The notes under the pieces: generated by a model | The model's input: the letters and a program-made list of their open reading frames with translations, nothing else | Database searches by the model: none | What the model was told of the DNA's origin: nothing | NCBI GenBank assembly: GCA_902530985.1 | Contig: CACACI010000001.1 | Coordinates: 134,420 to 198,419 of the forward strand | Reading direction: 5' to 3' | Source of the DNA: an uncultured Alphaproteobacteria bacterium | GTDB taxonomy: Bacteria; Pseudomonadota; Alphaproteobacteria; Methylaequorales; Methylaequoraceae | DNA: 64,000 nt | Position numbers and translations under genes: made by a program | Shown: in pieces, positions 26,313-35,554 of the stretch | Layout of the letters: each line of letters starts with the position of its first letter | How positions within the stretch are numbered: the first letter of the stretch is position 1

Positions 26313-27005
26313 TCAAAAGTTTATTAAATTTGAACCGTTTTCTTTAAGCCAGTTTTTTTTTTTTATAAAATTTGGATCTTTTTCTTTAACGAGGTTCCAA
26401 AATAATTTAGAGTGATTTGGAACTCTAACGTGCACTAATTCATGAATAATAACATAATCTATTACATTCTCGGGACACATTATTAATTTCCAATTTAAAA
26501 ATATTTCACCTTTATTATTACAACAACCCCACCTACTAATGTAAGACTTAATTTTTAATGAATTATATTTAATGCTAATTTTTTTTGAAATATAATTTGT
26601 TCTTTTACTCAAATAGCTCTCTGATTGACCTCTAAGCCAATGCGTAATCAAAGACTTTTTATTTTTATTCTTCCCTGGAAGAGTGTTTAACTTTTTTCCA
26701 TTTAAAATAATTTCATTATTTTTTAATTCATTAATTTCAATTTTTTTTCCTTTAAACAAAATATATCCATGTTCCAAATAATCGATCTTTTTTTGAAGTG
26801 AATCTTGTAATTTTTTTTTTATCCAATCATTTTTTTTTTTTAATAATTTTATTAAATAAGATTCTGAGACAAAATATGGACAAAGAATTTCCACTTGTTT
26901 ATTCTTCACTCTCAACAAAACAGTTTTACGTCGATTGATAGTCCTTATGACTTTTACATTGTTAATATACTCTACTTTTGAACCTAATTTTCTCGTAAAA
27001 AACAT
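26313..27005 (-). CDS. YgjP-like metal-dependent hydrolase (DUF45 / M48-like, HExxH)
   Basis: 230 aa. VIDYVIIHELVHVRVPNHSKLFW is the characteristic DUF45 zinc motif. Confidence 0.8.
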   Translation of the reverse strand: MFFTRKLGSKVEYINNVKVIRTINRRKTVLLRVKNKQVEILCPYFVSESYLIKLLKKKNDWIKKKLQDSLQKKIDYLEHGYILFKGKKIEINELKNNEIILNGKKLNTLPGKNKNKKSLITHWLRGQSESYLSKRTNYISKKISIKYNSLKIKSYISRWGCCNNKGEIFLNWKLIMCPENVIDYVIIHELVHVRVPNHSKLFWNLVKEKDPNFIKKKNWLKENGSNLINF

Positions 27006-27006
27006 A

Positions 27007-27585
27007 TTATTTCCCTATGATTTTTTTTATTACTAAATTTCCTTTTAATTCAATTAATGATAGAGAACCATAATTTATTTTCTCCCAATAATTTTTAACT
27101 AATTTGTCGAATGGCTCATTTGTCAAAATAGAAATCATACCATTTATTGAACCAGCATGGCAAACAACTAAAACGTCACTATTATTTTTAATTATAAAGT
27201 TTATAAAATTTTTGAGTCTTGACAAAAATTCAGCATTGCTTTCTCCATTTGGAATCTTGTACTTCATGAGATTATTTTCCCACTCTTTTTTTTTTTCAAT
27301 TGGAATTTCATTCATTTTTTTCATCTCCCAGTCACCTAAATTCATCTCTTTGACCCTATCATCAATTTCAAAAGTATTTGAAATCTCTTTTGTCAATTTT
27401 AAACATCTTTTTAATGGGCTTGAAAAAATCAAAATTTTTTCCAAATCAATCTTTTCATTCGCAAGTTTTTTTTTGATTTTCTTAACTTCATTATAAAATG
27501 ATTTAGAAACGTCTATATCTGCTTGACCATAAAATGTGTCTTTTCCTATATCAAGAGAAGTATGTCTCAAAAAATAAATCTTCAT
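27007..27585 (-). CDS. Histidine phosphatase family protein (phosphoglycerate mutase / CobC-like)
   Basis: 192 aa. MKIYFLRHTS is a variant of the RHG motif. Also SSPLKRC and VVCHAG. Confidence 0.8.
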   Translation of the reverse strand: MKIYFLRHTSLDIGKDTFYGQADIDVSKSFYNEVKKIKKKLANEKIDLEKILIFSSPLKRCLKLTKEISNTFEIDDRVKEMNLGDWEMKKMNEIPIEKKKEWENNLMKYKIPNGESNAEFLSRLKNFINFIIKNNSDVLVVCHAGSINGMISILTNEPFDKLVKNYWEKINYGSLSLIELKGNLVIKKIIGK

Positions 27586-27866
27586 TTAAAGTAAATAATA
27601 AATGAACTAAATCTTGTAAAAGGTTTTTTTTTTGACTGAACTTTTTTTACTGATGAAAGCAAAGGACCAATTGAACAGTCTTTTAAAAATAACTGCAAAT
27701 TCTCTTCCAATCCACTAACCTCGCATTCAACAGTCTTGTCGTCACAATTTTTAACCCAGCCAGTTAAATAATGCTTTTCTGCTGACTTTTTAGTCCAAGC
27801 TCTATATCCAACACCTTGAACTTTTCCAAAAATTTTACAAAATATATTGTAATATTTACTTTTCAT
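27582..27866 (-). CDS. acyP: Acylphosphatase
   Basis: 94 aa. Contains GKVQGVGYRAWT and GWVKN. Confidence 0.88.
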   Translation of the reverse strand: MKSKYYNIFCKIFGKVQGVGYRAWTKKSAEKHYLTGWVKNCDDKTVECEVSGLEENLQLFLKDCSIGPLLSSVKKVQSKKKPFTRFSSFIIYFK

Positions 27867-28251
27867 CTAAATCTTTATATTCAACCTCTATGACTTCATC
27901 ACCATCTTGCTTTTTTGCGTTTTTATAAAAAAAGTTTTTCTCTTTATCAGGTATATAGTCCCATATCAAAAATCTCAATGATTTAAAAAGAATAAAGATA
28001 CCAAAAATATCTGTGGCAAAACCTGGTATTATCAATAGAATTCCGGCAATTTTTTTGAATATCCACTCTTTTGGATTAAAACTGAGATCCTTCAAATTTT
28101 CGGGAGAAATCCCAGACCTTAATAAGATAATGCCTAAAGTAGCTGTAATAAAAATTAAAAAAATCACTGGAAAAAATCCAAAAATGTCACCAAATAATAT
28201 AAAGAAGATTATTTCTAAAACAGGAATGAATAAAATAAATTTAAGACTCAT
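27856..28251 (-). CDS. fxsA: FxsA family membrane protein
   Basis: 131 aa. Contains IPVLEIIFFILFGDIFGFFPVIFLIF...LRS and IPGFATD, typical of FxsA/UPF0716. Confidence 0.8.
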   Translation of the reverse strand: MSLKFILFIPVLEIIFFILFGDIFGFFPVIFLIFITATLGIILLRSGISPENLKDLSFNPKEWIFKKIAGILLIIPGFATDIFGIFILFKSLRFLIWDYIPDKEKNFFYKNAKKQDGDEVIEVEYKDLDEK

Positions 28252-28297
28252 GAGTTATTGTTTACCATTAATTAAAAAATTTTTAAACTGATTTAAA

Positions 28298-28720
28298 ATG
28301 GATACTCTTCAAAATATAGCTTTAATGATATCTAATTTTTTTATCCCCTTTCTTATTGGTAGCCTAATTTTCTTTTCTTTGATCGTTGCTCCCAATACCT
28401 TTGCAAATTTAGATCATAAAAGTTCAAGGAAATTCATAAGAAGTATCTTCCCAAAACTGTATCTATGGTCACTACTTATTAGTATTATACTTACAGTATC
28501 GCTAATAATAATTGACCTTTTTCTAGGTTTTATTTTACTGTTTATATCGTTTGGTTTTTTTTTCTCACGACAGTATCTTATGAAATGGATAAACACTATA
28601 AGCGATGTTAAAGAAAAAAACGAATTACAAAAAAAAAAGTTTAACCAACTACATACCCTTAGTGTAGTTATATTTCTAACTCAGGTTATTCTATTAATCA
28701 TTACATATTATCACTTTTGA
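28298..28720 (+). CDS. Small polytopic membrane protein (DUF4149/TMEM205-like)
   Basis: 140 aa with four predicted TM segments. The FIRSIFPKLY region resembles DUF4149. Family assignment is weak. Confidence 0.5.
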   Translation: MDTLQNIALMISNFFIPFLIGSLIFFSLIVAPNTFANLDHKSSRKFIRSIFPKLYLWSLLISIILTVSLIIIDLFLGFILLFISFGFFFSRQYLMKWINTISDVKEKNELQKKKFNQLHTLSVVIFLTQVILLIITYYHF

Positions 28721-29472
28721 TTTTTAACTAAATTTTCTAATAACTCAAAATTAACAACTTTACTTCCAAAGTCATTACCCTTTATTGTTTTAAATGGAAA
28801 ATCTTTTTCTCCTAAATTTGATACAACAAGTTGAGCATTACTAAAATCTTCATCTAAAGTGAAAGTTGATGGCGTAACTAGAACCTTTATATTTGCATTT
28901 TTAGCTGATTCAAGTCCTCTTAATGAGTCCTCTATTGCAATACAGGATTGCGAGGGCAACCTTAGTTTTTCTAAAATCCATTCATAAATTTCTGGAGAGG
29001 GTCTTTTATTTTTAGTGCATTCTCCATGAGCTATTAAATCAAATGTTGAGTTTGGATCAATATTTAAACCCTTCTTGAATAAAGTTAATAGATTTGCTTC
29101 AGAATTAGATGATACTATTGCCATTCTAATATTATTCTCTTTCAATTCATTTATTAATCTAGCAACACCAGGTCTTGGTGAAATCTCTGATTCTAAAATA
29201 TGATCCTCAAAAATTTCGTTTTTTACCTTATGAATTGAATTAATATATTTAGTCAAATTCTTATATTCCATCATTTCTGGCCACGCTCTTTTAATATAAT
29301 ATTCAATTCTCTCTGAACCATCTCCTACATTTATTAGTTCCTTATATATTGCCTCGTCCCAAAACCAATCTAGATTGAATTCCTTAAAAGATTCATTAAA
29401 CGATTTTCTATGAAGATCTTCTGTTTCAGCAATCGTTCCATCAACATCAAACAAAACTGCACTAAGTAGCAT
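28711..29472 (-). CDS. HAD-superfamily hydrolase, CbbY/beta-phosphoglucomutase-like
   Basis: 253 aa. Contains VLFDVDGTIAETE (HAD motif I), SSN and EDSLRGLESA. Its start overlaps the hldE stop. Confidence 0.8.
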   Translation of the reverse strand: MLLSAVLFDVDGTIAETEDLHRKSFNESFKEFNLDWFWDEAIYKELINVGDGSERIEYYIKRAWPEMMEYKNLTKYINSIHKVKNEIFEDHILESEISPRPGVARLINELKENNIRMAIVSSNSEANLLTLFKKGLNIDPNSTFDLIAHGECTKNKRPSPEIYEWILEKLRLPSQSCIAIEDSLRGLESAKNANIKVLVTPSTFTLDEDFSNAQLVVSNLGEKDFPFKTIKGNDFGSKVVNFELLENLVKNQK

Positions 29473-30886
29473 TCTTAATTTTCCTTATTATTTTTGAGGT
29501 CGATTTACCTTTTACACATTTTATTAAATTAACTTCTCCACCCCATGCTTTAGCTTCCGAATATCCAACTACTTCTTTTTTTAAATAGTCATCACCCTTA
29601 AAGATTATATTAGGTTTGATTTTTTTTATAAGATTAATTGGAGTTTTCTCATTAAACAAAATAATACGATCAATAAACTTAAAGTTTTTTAAAATTTCAG
29701 ACCTCTCAGTTTGATTAAGAATGGGTCTACTTTGGCCTTTAATTTTTTTAATTGAAGCATCAGTGTTTAAAGCTAAAACAAGAAAATCACATTTTTTTCT
29801 TGCTTCTTCAAGATAAAAGATATGACCTTGGTGGATTAAATCAAAACATCCATTGGTAAAACCAATTTTTTTATTGGGGTTGTCACTCAACTCTTTTAGA
29901 AGATCATTTATTAAACATACTTTATTCATATTATTGGAACTCATTAAATCATGTTCATTTACCACAGTTGTTCCAAATTTTCCTACTGCAACCCCTGCAG
30001 CATCATTTGCAATTTCAGTTGCATTATATAAAGTTTTGCCTCTAGCTAAGCCTGAGGCAATGTATGCGATGACAGTATCACCTGCTCCAGAAACATCGTA
30101 AACTTCTTTAGCTTTTGATGGCAAATGCATATTTTTATTTTTGTGATCTACAATTGAAATCCCATCAGAACTTCTTGTGGTTATGACGGTGTCAAAACAT
30201 AATGCATTTATTAATTTTTTTGACAAATTAACAACCAACCTTGAATTATCTTTATCCTTATCTGAACTTACATAGCTTGATGCTTCTAAAAGTTCTTTAA
30301 AATTTGGAGTAATAATAGATGCTCCCTTGTATGGTAAAAAATCACTTTTTTTCGGATCAACTATCACTTTCTTCTTCTTTTTTTTAGAGAGATTTATAAT
30401 TGAACTAAGAAGTGAATCTGTTAGCATTCCTTTATTATAATCAGAAATAACAATAACATCGAAATAATCTACCTTCTTTTTAAAGGTTTGGTAAATTTTT
30501 GATTCTATTTTATAGCTTGTTGGATAATTTAACTCTCTATCTACTCTAAGTATTTGTTGATTTTCTGATACAAATCTAATTTTCTTTGTTGTGAACCTAT
30601 CATTATCAATAATTAGATTGAATGATAATTTGTTACACTCGTTTAGTAGTTTTCTTAAAGTACTTGATTCCTGATCATTTCCGCAGATTGATATTATATG
30701 ACACTGACTTCCTGCTGCGCATATATTTCTAGCTACATTTCCACATCCACCCAAAACTTCATAACTATTGTTATTAACTTTTAAGACCGGTATGGGTGCC
30801 TCAGGTGAGATCCTTTTTACTTCACCGTGAGCGTATGAATCAAGTATGATGTCGCCAATACATAAAATCTTTCCTTGTGCAACCAT
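29462..30886 (-). CDS. hldE: Bifunctional D-beta-D-heptose 7-phosphate kinase / D-beta-D-heptose 1-phosphate adenylyltransferase
   Basis: 474 aa. An N-terminal ribokinase-like domain (DVSGAGDTV) is followed by a C-terminal cytidylyltransferase domain (GFTNGCFDLIHQGH). Confidence 0.92.
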   Translation of the reverse strand: MVAQGKILCIGDIILDSYAHGEVKRISPEAPIPVLKVNNNSYEVLGGCGNVARNICAAGSQCHIISICGNDQESSTLRKLLNECNKLSFNLIIDNDRFTTKKIRFVSENQQILRVDRELNYPTSYKIESKIYQTFKKKVDYFDVIVISDYNKGMLTDSLLSSIINLSKKKKKKVIVDPKKSDFLPYKGASIITPNFKELLEASSYVSSDKDKDNSRLVVNLSKKLINALCFDTVITTRSSDGISIVDHKNKNMHLPSKAKEVYDVSGAGDTVIAYIASGLARGKTLYNATEIANDAAGVAVGKFGTTVVNEHDLMSSNNMNKVCLINDLLKELSDNPNKKIGFTNGCFDLIHQGHIFYLEEARKKCDFLVLALNTDASIKKIKGQSRPILNQTERSEILKNFKFIDRIILFNEKTPINLIKKIKPNIIFKGDDYLKKEVVGYSEAKAWGGEVNLIKCVKGKSTSKIIRKIKNAT

Positions 30887-31833
30887 TAGATTAAACCCTG
30901 TTTAAATAATAATTCAAAATACTTGATGGTCTTTTTCAACCCTGACTTTCTATCAAATTTTGGTGACCAGTCTAATTTTTTTTTTGCTAATGAAATGTCT
31001 GGGCATCGCATTTGCGGATCATCTAGAGGCAAATCCTTGTAAATAATTTTTGAATTACTTCCAATTAGGTCGATAATTTCTTTAGCTAATTCTAATATTG
31101 AGATTTCACTTGGATTACCTAAATTTAGAGGTCCTGGAAATTTTTCAGAATTCATCATTAACATGATTCCGGATACCAAATCGTCAATATAGCAAAATGA
31201 TCTAGTCTGCTCACCTCTTCCATAAACAGTTATATCTTTATTAGTAAGGGCTTGTAAAATAAAATTTGACACAACTCTACCATCATTTGGCTGCATTCTT
31301 GGACCAAATGTATTAAAAATCCTAATAACTTTAACATCCACCTTGTGTTGTCTCTGATAATCCCAAAAAATTGTCTCAGCACATCTTTTTCCTTCATCAT
31401 AGCATGCTCTAGGCCCCTCTATACTTACTGAACCCTTATATGATTCTCTCTGAGGATGTACCTCTGGGTCTCCATAAATTTCTGATGTTGATGCTTGCAT
31501 TATTCTTGCTTTAGTTCTTTTTGCTAACCCCAGCATATTAATCGCCCCGTGAACGCATGTTTTTACAGTTTGAACAGGATTATTTTGGTAGTGAATAGGT
31601 GATGCTGGACACGCAAAATTAAATATCTGGTCTACTTCAACATAAAGTGGAAAAGTTACATCGTGTCTAAGTAATTCAAAATTTTTATTATCATAAATTT
31701 TTTTTAAATTTTCTTTGCTTCCTGTGTAAAAATTATCACAACAAATTACATAATGTCCGTCTCTTATTAATTTTTCACATAAGTAAGAACCAATAAAACC
31801 CGCGCCACCAGTTACTAAAATCCTTTTTTTCAT
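30886..31833 (-). CDS. UDP-glucuronate decarboxylase (UDP-xylose synthase), SDR family
   Basis: 315 aa. Shows near-colinear similarity to UXS: [67 protein letters not shown]. Confidence 0.92.
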   Translation of the reverse strand: MKKRILVTGGAGFIGSYLCEKLIRDGHYVICCDNFYTGSKENLKKIYDNKNFELLRHDVTFPLYVEVDQIFNFACPASPIHYQNNPVQTVKTCVHGAINMLGLAKRTKARIMQASTSEIYGDPEVHPQRESYKGSVSIEGPRACYDEGKRCAETIFWDYQRQHKVDVKVIRIFNTFGPRMQPNDGRVVSNFILQALTNKDITVYGRGEQTRSFCYIDDLVSGIMLMMNSEKFPGPLNLGNPSEISILELAKEIIDLIGSNSKIIYKDLPLDDPQMRCPDISLAKKKLDWSPKFDRKSGLKKTIKYFELLFKQGLI

Positions 31834-32255
31834 CTCAACTCAATCATGATATCCACAATGTCATCTGCACCAACAAATATTGCTGCATCTTCAAATTCTG
31901 GGGGGCCAAGAAAAACCTCTGCGTTGTTACTAAAACCATATCTTTCAACTGGAATGGAAAGGAATGTATCAAATTCTTTATTGGAATTCTGGTCATGGTA
32001 AATTGCAACAGCATATATAGATTCTTCTAGATTATTTATTGTAATACCATTATTAATTACTTTGGAAACATTCGCAGAACCACCAAGAATTTTTCCTTCT
32101 TCATTAGGGAAAAATTCTGGGTCATTATAAACCCCATAACGGATAACACCTTCTTCCTTCGCAAAATTAGAAACAAAAATTCTAATTTTTCCAGCATCTG
32201 AATCATCGTGTACTAAAAAAATTAATGCAATAATTATTGATATCTGAATTTTCAA
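31830..32255 (-). CDS. DUF2141 secreted protein
   Basis: 141 aa with a signal peptide. Contains [32 protein letters not shown], typical of DUF2141. Confidence 0.7.
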   Translation of the reverse strand: MKIQISIIIALIFLVHDDSDAGKIRIFVSNFAKEEGVIRYGVYNDPEFFPNEEGKILGGSANVSKVINNGITINNLEESIYAVAIYHDQNSNKEFDTFLSIPVERYGFSNNAEVFLGPPEFEDAAIFVGADDIVDIMIELR

Positions 32256-32306
32256 TTTTTTTCTATCTTAATAATATCAAACTTAGTATGATTAATAACA
32301 TCTAAA

Positions 32307-33008
32307 ATGAGATATTACATTTTAAAAATAATATTATTTCTTGTTTTCACTTTTTCCAATTTTAATTTTTCATATTCAAATAATGAAAAAAAAATAACTG
32401 CTATACAACTTATTCATTCATCTGAGCAAAGTCTTAAAACTTTAATTGGAAATTCTGAGTTTGAAAATCTTCAAGACTATTTAAACAATGCAAGAGCAAT
32501 CATAATTTTCCCAGAGGTATATGAAGGAGGTTTTATTTTTGGAGCCAAGGGTGGTAACGGTCTCTTATTAATAAGAAGATCAGAAGATAAATTCTCTGGA
32601 CCATTTTTTTATTCAATTGGCGGTGTGAGTTTTGGATTGCAAATCGGCGCAAAGTCAGCAAAAGTTGTAATGACTATAATGACCAATAGAGGGCTTAACT
32701 CCATTCTTAAAGAAAGGGTTAAGTTGGGAGTTGACATTGATGCTGCCATCATAAATTCAGGAGTAGGATATTCAGCTGAGAGCACATTAAGGTTAGCAGA
32801 TATCTATACGTTCTCTGATAATGCAGGTTTATTTGTTGGAGGTTCATTTGAAGGAACTTACCTTCAACCAAGGAACGATCTAAATAAAGTGATTCATGGA
32901 ACAGAACTATCTTCAGAGGAAATAATAAATAATAAGGCTATTTCTAAAGGTATTTCAAGTTTATCTAAAATTTTAAATACAATTGATGAATATAAAAAAG
33001 CAAACTAA
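32307..33008 (+). CDS. SYLF (Ysc84/DUF500) lipid-binding domain protein, secreted
   Basis: 233 aa with a signal peptide. Contains ARAIIIFPEVYEGGFIFGAKGGNGLLL and GGVSFGLQIGA. Confidence 0.75.
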   Translation: MRYYILKIILFLVFTFSNFNFSYSNNEKKITAIQLIHSSEQSLKTLIGNSEFENLQDYLNNARAIIIFPEVYEGGFIFGAKGGNGLLLIRRSEDKFSGPFFYSIGGVSFGLQIGAKSAKVVMTIMTNRGLNSILKERVKLGVDIDAAIINSGVGYSAESTLRLADIYTFSDNAGLFVGGSFEGTYLQPRNDLNKVIHGTELSSEEIINNKAISKGISSLSKILNTIDEYKKAN

Positions 33009-33711
33009 AGACAAGGCAATTGTTTTATGTGGACACGGATCTAGAAATAATAATTATGTTTCAGATTTTTTAAACTTAAAAGAAAAAATAAAGACTAAAA
33101 CAGGTTTTCTAAATATTTATCATTGTTTTATTGAAATCAACCAACCATCCATTCAAAGTTGCTTGATTAGTCTAGTTGCTCGCTATAAAAAAGTGCTTTT
33201 CTTCCCATTGTTACTTTTTGATGGAAAACATATGATTGAAGACATTGAAAATCAGATCAATAGTCTTCCTAACAATAGTAAAAAAAAAATCTATTTGATA
33301 AATAAACTTTCTCTTTTTAAAGATATACTTCCCAATATTTATCAAATCGTCACGACTAATAATTATATAAAAAAATGTGATGTTCTTATAACATCTTGTT
33401 CCATGAGTACAAAAATTGATGTTATTAAAGCGTTAGATGAATATACTAAACGATTGTCAGAAAAACTTCAGATAAAAACAGGGATATGCCATTTTGTTGG
33501 TGAGGAACAAAATGTTTTAAAAAAACTCAGAAGTTTGCATAAGAAACCAAATATTATTATTCTACATCCCCTATTTTTCTTTAATGGATTCTTATACAAA
33601 AAGAATTTACAAACAATATCTAATTATCTTGAAACTTACAACTTACTGCCACTTTCTCACTATAATAAAATCATTAATGTTCTATCAAGAAAATTAATTC
33701 AAAGTCTCTAA
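32983..33711 (+). CDS. CbiX-type (sirohydrochlorin) chelatase-like protein, two-domain form
   Basis: 242 aa. Contains AIVLCGHGSR and FFPLLLFDGKHMIEDI, with a second half ending ILHPLFFFNGFLY. Confidence 0.65.
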   Translation: MMNIKKQTKDKAIVLCGHGSRNNNYVSDFLNLKEKIKTKTGFLNIYHCFIEINQPSIQSCLISLVARYKKVLFFPLLLFDGKHMIEDIENQINSLPNNSKKKIYLINKLSLFKDILPNIYQIVTTNNYIKKCDVLITSCSMSTKIDVIKALDEYTKRLSEKLQIKTGICHFVGEEQNVLKKLRSLHKKPNIIILHPLFFFNGFLYKKNLQTISNYLETYNLLPLSHYNKIINVLSRKLIQSL

Positions 33712-34263
33712 ACTCTCAACTAATTTTTTTATCAATATATTTCTAGATAATTTAGAATACTCAAAAATTGTTTTACCTGATAAATCAGTTATCTGTTTAT
33801 TAAATTCTTTTCTTACTAAGATATTTACAGCATTTACGTTAGCTTTCTCAATAGCATGCATCAATGCCGTCATACCTAATTTATCCTGAAAATCTATGTC
33901 CATTCCTGATAAAATCATGTCTTCAATAAGAGAATATCTATTCATTGATATATAATAGATTAGTAAAGATGTTCTATTTAATACTTTAACCCTTGGATCA
34001 GCTCCATTATCAATTAAAAGTTTAAACATTCTTTTATCGTCATTCTCTAAAGCATATGCTAGTCCAACCAGACCCTTGGAATCTTTATAATTTATGGCTG
34101 CATCTTTATCTATCATTTCTTCAACTTTTTGGTAGTTTGATTTTTTAATAGCGGTCATGAAGACGTGATCAATTAGAATATCACTATCATCCACAGAATA
34201 AGCATTTTCTTGTATAATAAAAAAAAGAAAGACGAAAAAAAAAAAAAAATTATGGTTTTTCAT
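33694..34263 (-). CDS. Secreted ankyrin-repeat protein
   Basis: 189 aa with signal peptide MKNHNFFFFFVFLFFIIQENAYS. Has at least 3 ANK-like repeats: GLVGLAYALENDDKRMFKLLIDNGADP, TSLLIYYISMNRYSLIEDMILSGMD, GMTALMHAIEKANVNAVNILV. Confidence 0.75.
   Translation of the reverse strand: MKNHNFFFFFVFLFFIIQENAYSVDDSDILIDHVFMTAIKKSNYQKVEEMIDKDAAINYKDSKGLVGLAYALENDDKRMFKLLIDNGADPRVKVLNRTSLLIYYISMNRYSLIEDMILSGMDIDFQDKLGMTALMHAIEKANVNAVNILVRKEFNKQITDLSGKTIFEYSKLSRNILIKKLVESLETLN
34235..34249 (-). repeat. Homopolymer A15 (T15 on the coding strand) encoding poly-Phe in the ankyrin protein's signal peptide
   Basis: Counted directly from blocks 34231-34250. Confidence 0.95.
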
Positions 34264-34293
34264 TATTTTTTTGCATATTCATAATATTATATA

Positions 34294-34980
34294 ATGTCAC
34301 AATCCAGAAAAATAATCTATATAATAGGTGCAAACCCCTCAGATTTATTTGACTGCACAATTCAAGCAATTAAAAAAATTGAGATATCTGAATCAATTAT
34401 CCTATCTAAAGAATTTGATAATAGTTTTATTAAGATGCTTAAAAGCAATAATAAAAAGATATATTATCAAGAAGACTTTTCACAAAAGAATAATCATTTT
34501 TTATGGAAAAAATTGCTCGCTTTATTTCAAAAAAATAATTCAATAGCACACCTAATTAATGGAGACCCTTTTCTTGATCATAATAGTCTGGAAGAATTAA
34601 AGTTTTTCAATGCAAAGACTATTGAATGTCAGATTATCCCAGGAGTAATAAATGTGATCAATTGTTTAAATAAAAACACTGATCTATTAACAGACAGAGA
34701 AAAGAATTCTTCAGTAACTGTAATCAAAAAGTTTGATATTAAGATAATATCAAAAATAATTGAGAATTCATATTTTGAAAAACTAATAGTTTATTTGCAA
34801 ACAAAAGAAGAGTTCAGTCAAATCAATTTATTAATAAAAGAAAATTCATTGGAAAGAGGATTGATTTTTAATTTGATTATTCAGGGTAGCTATATTTTGT
34901 CAAACGATTTAAACACCAAATTTACTGGAGAATTACCAAATCCTTCTTATATAATAATTCATAGAGATGAAAAAATATAA
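34294..34980 (+). CDS. Tetrapyrrole (corrin/porphyrin) methylase-fold protein, divergent SUMT/CobA-like
   Basis: 228 aa. IIYIIGANPSDL corresponds to canonical VGAGPGDP, LINGDPFL to LKGGDPF, and IIPGV to VPGI. Confidence 0.6.
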   Translation: MSQSRKIIYIIGANPSDLFDCTIQAIKKIEISESIILSKEFDNSFIKMLKSNNKKIYYQEDFSQKNNHFLWKKLLALFQKNNSIAHLINGDPFLDHNSLEELKFFNAKTIECQIIPGVINVINCLNKNTDLLTDREKNSSVTVIKKFDIKIISKIIENSYFEKLIVYLQTKEEFSQINLLIKENSLERGLIFNLIIQGSYILSNDLNTKFTGELPNPSYIIIHRDEKI

Positions 34981-35554
34981 ATTAATCTTCAAAAGAAACA
35001 TATTTCTAATGCTTGCTGTTGTGATCACAATTATGATTGGAATAATCATTATTAATGAACTTCAGAAAAGCCAAAACAATTATAATATTAATATTGGAGG
35101 AAACATATTACTTACTGATCATAATGGTAAGACTTTCAACTCTGGATTAATTAAAAAAAAAAAATTAGTTTATTTTGGATACACCTTCTGTCCAGATGTT
35201 TGTCCTTTCGATATGTTAAAACTTTCAAAATTTATAGACCATAATCCAGAATTCTTAAAAAAAATGGAATTTATCTTTATTACAGTTGACCCAACAAGGG
35301 ATAATAAACTTCAAATAAAAAGTTTCTTAGAAAACTTTAATCCATCAATTTTGGGTTTAACAGGAACTGATGAGCAAATTAATAGAACAATTCAAAACTT
35401 TAAGATATTTGTAAGAAAAAATAATGACTTTTCTACCAATGAAAATTATTTAATTGATCATAGTTCTTTATTTTTTCTTCTAGACAAAGATGATAAATAT
35501 ATTACTCACTTCCAGCCAGATGATCTGAAAACAAAAATGAAAGATTATTTTTAA
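34967..35554 (+). CDS. SCO1/SenC copper chaperone (thioredoxin fold)
   Basis: 195 aa with an N-terminal TM anchor. Contains FGYTFCPDVCP (CxxxC) and DHSS. Confidence 0.88.
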   Translation: MKKYKLIFKRNIFLMLAVVITIMIGIIIINELQKSQNNYNINIGGNILLTDHNGKTFNSGLIKKKKLVYFGYTFCPDVCPFDMLKLSKFIDHNPEFLKKMEFIFITVDPTRDNKLQIKSFLENFNPSILGLTGTDEQINRTIQNFKIFVRKNNDFSTNENYLIDHSSLFFLLDKDDKYITHFQPDDLKTKMKDYF

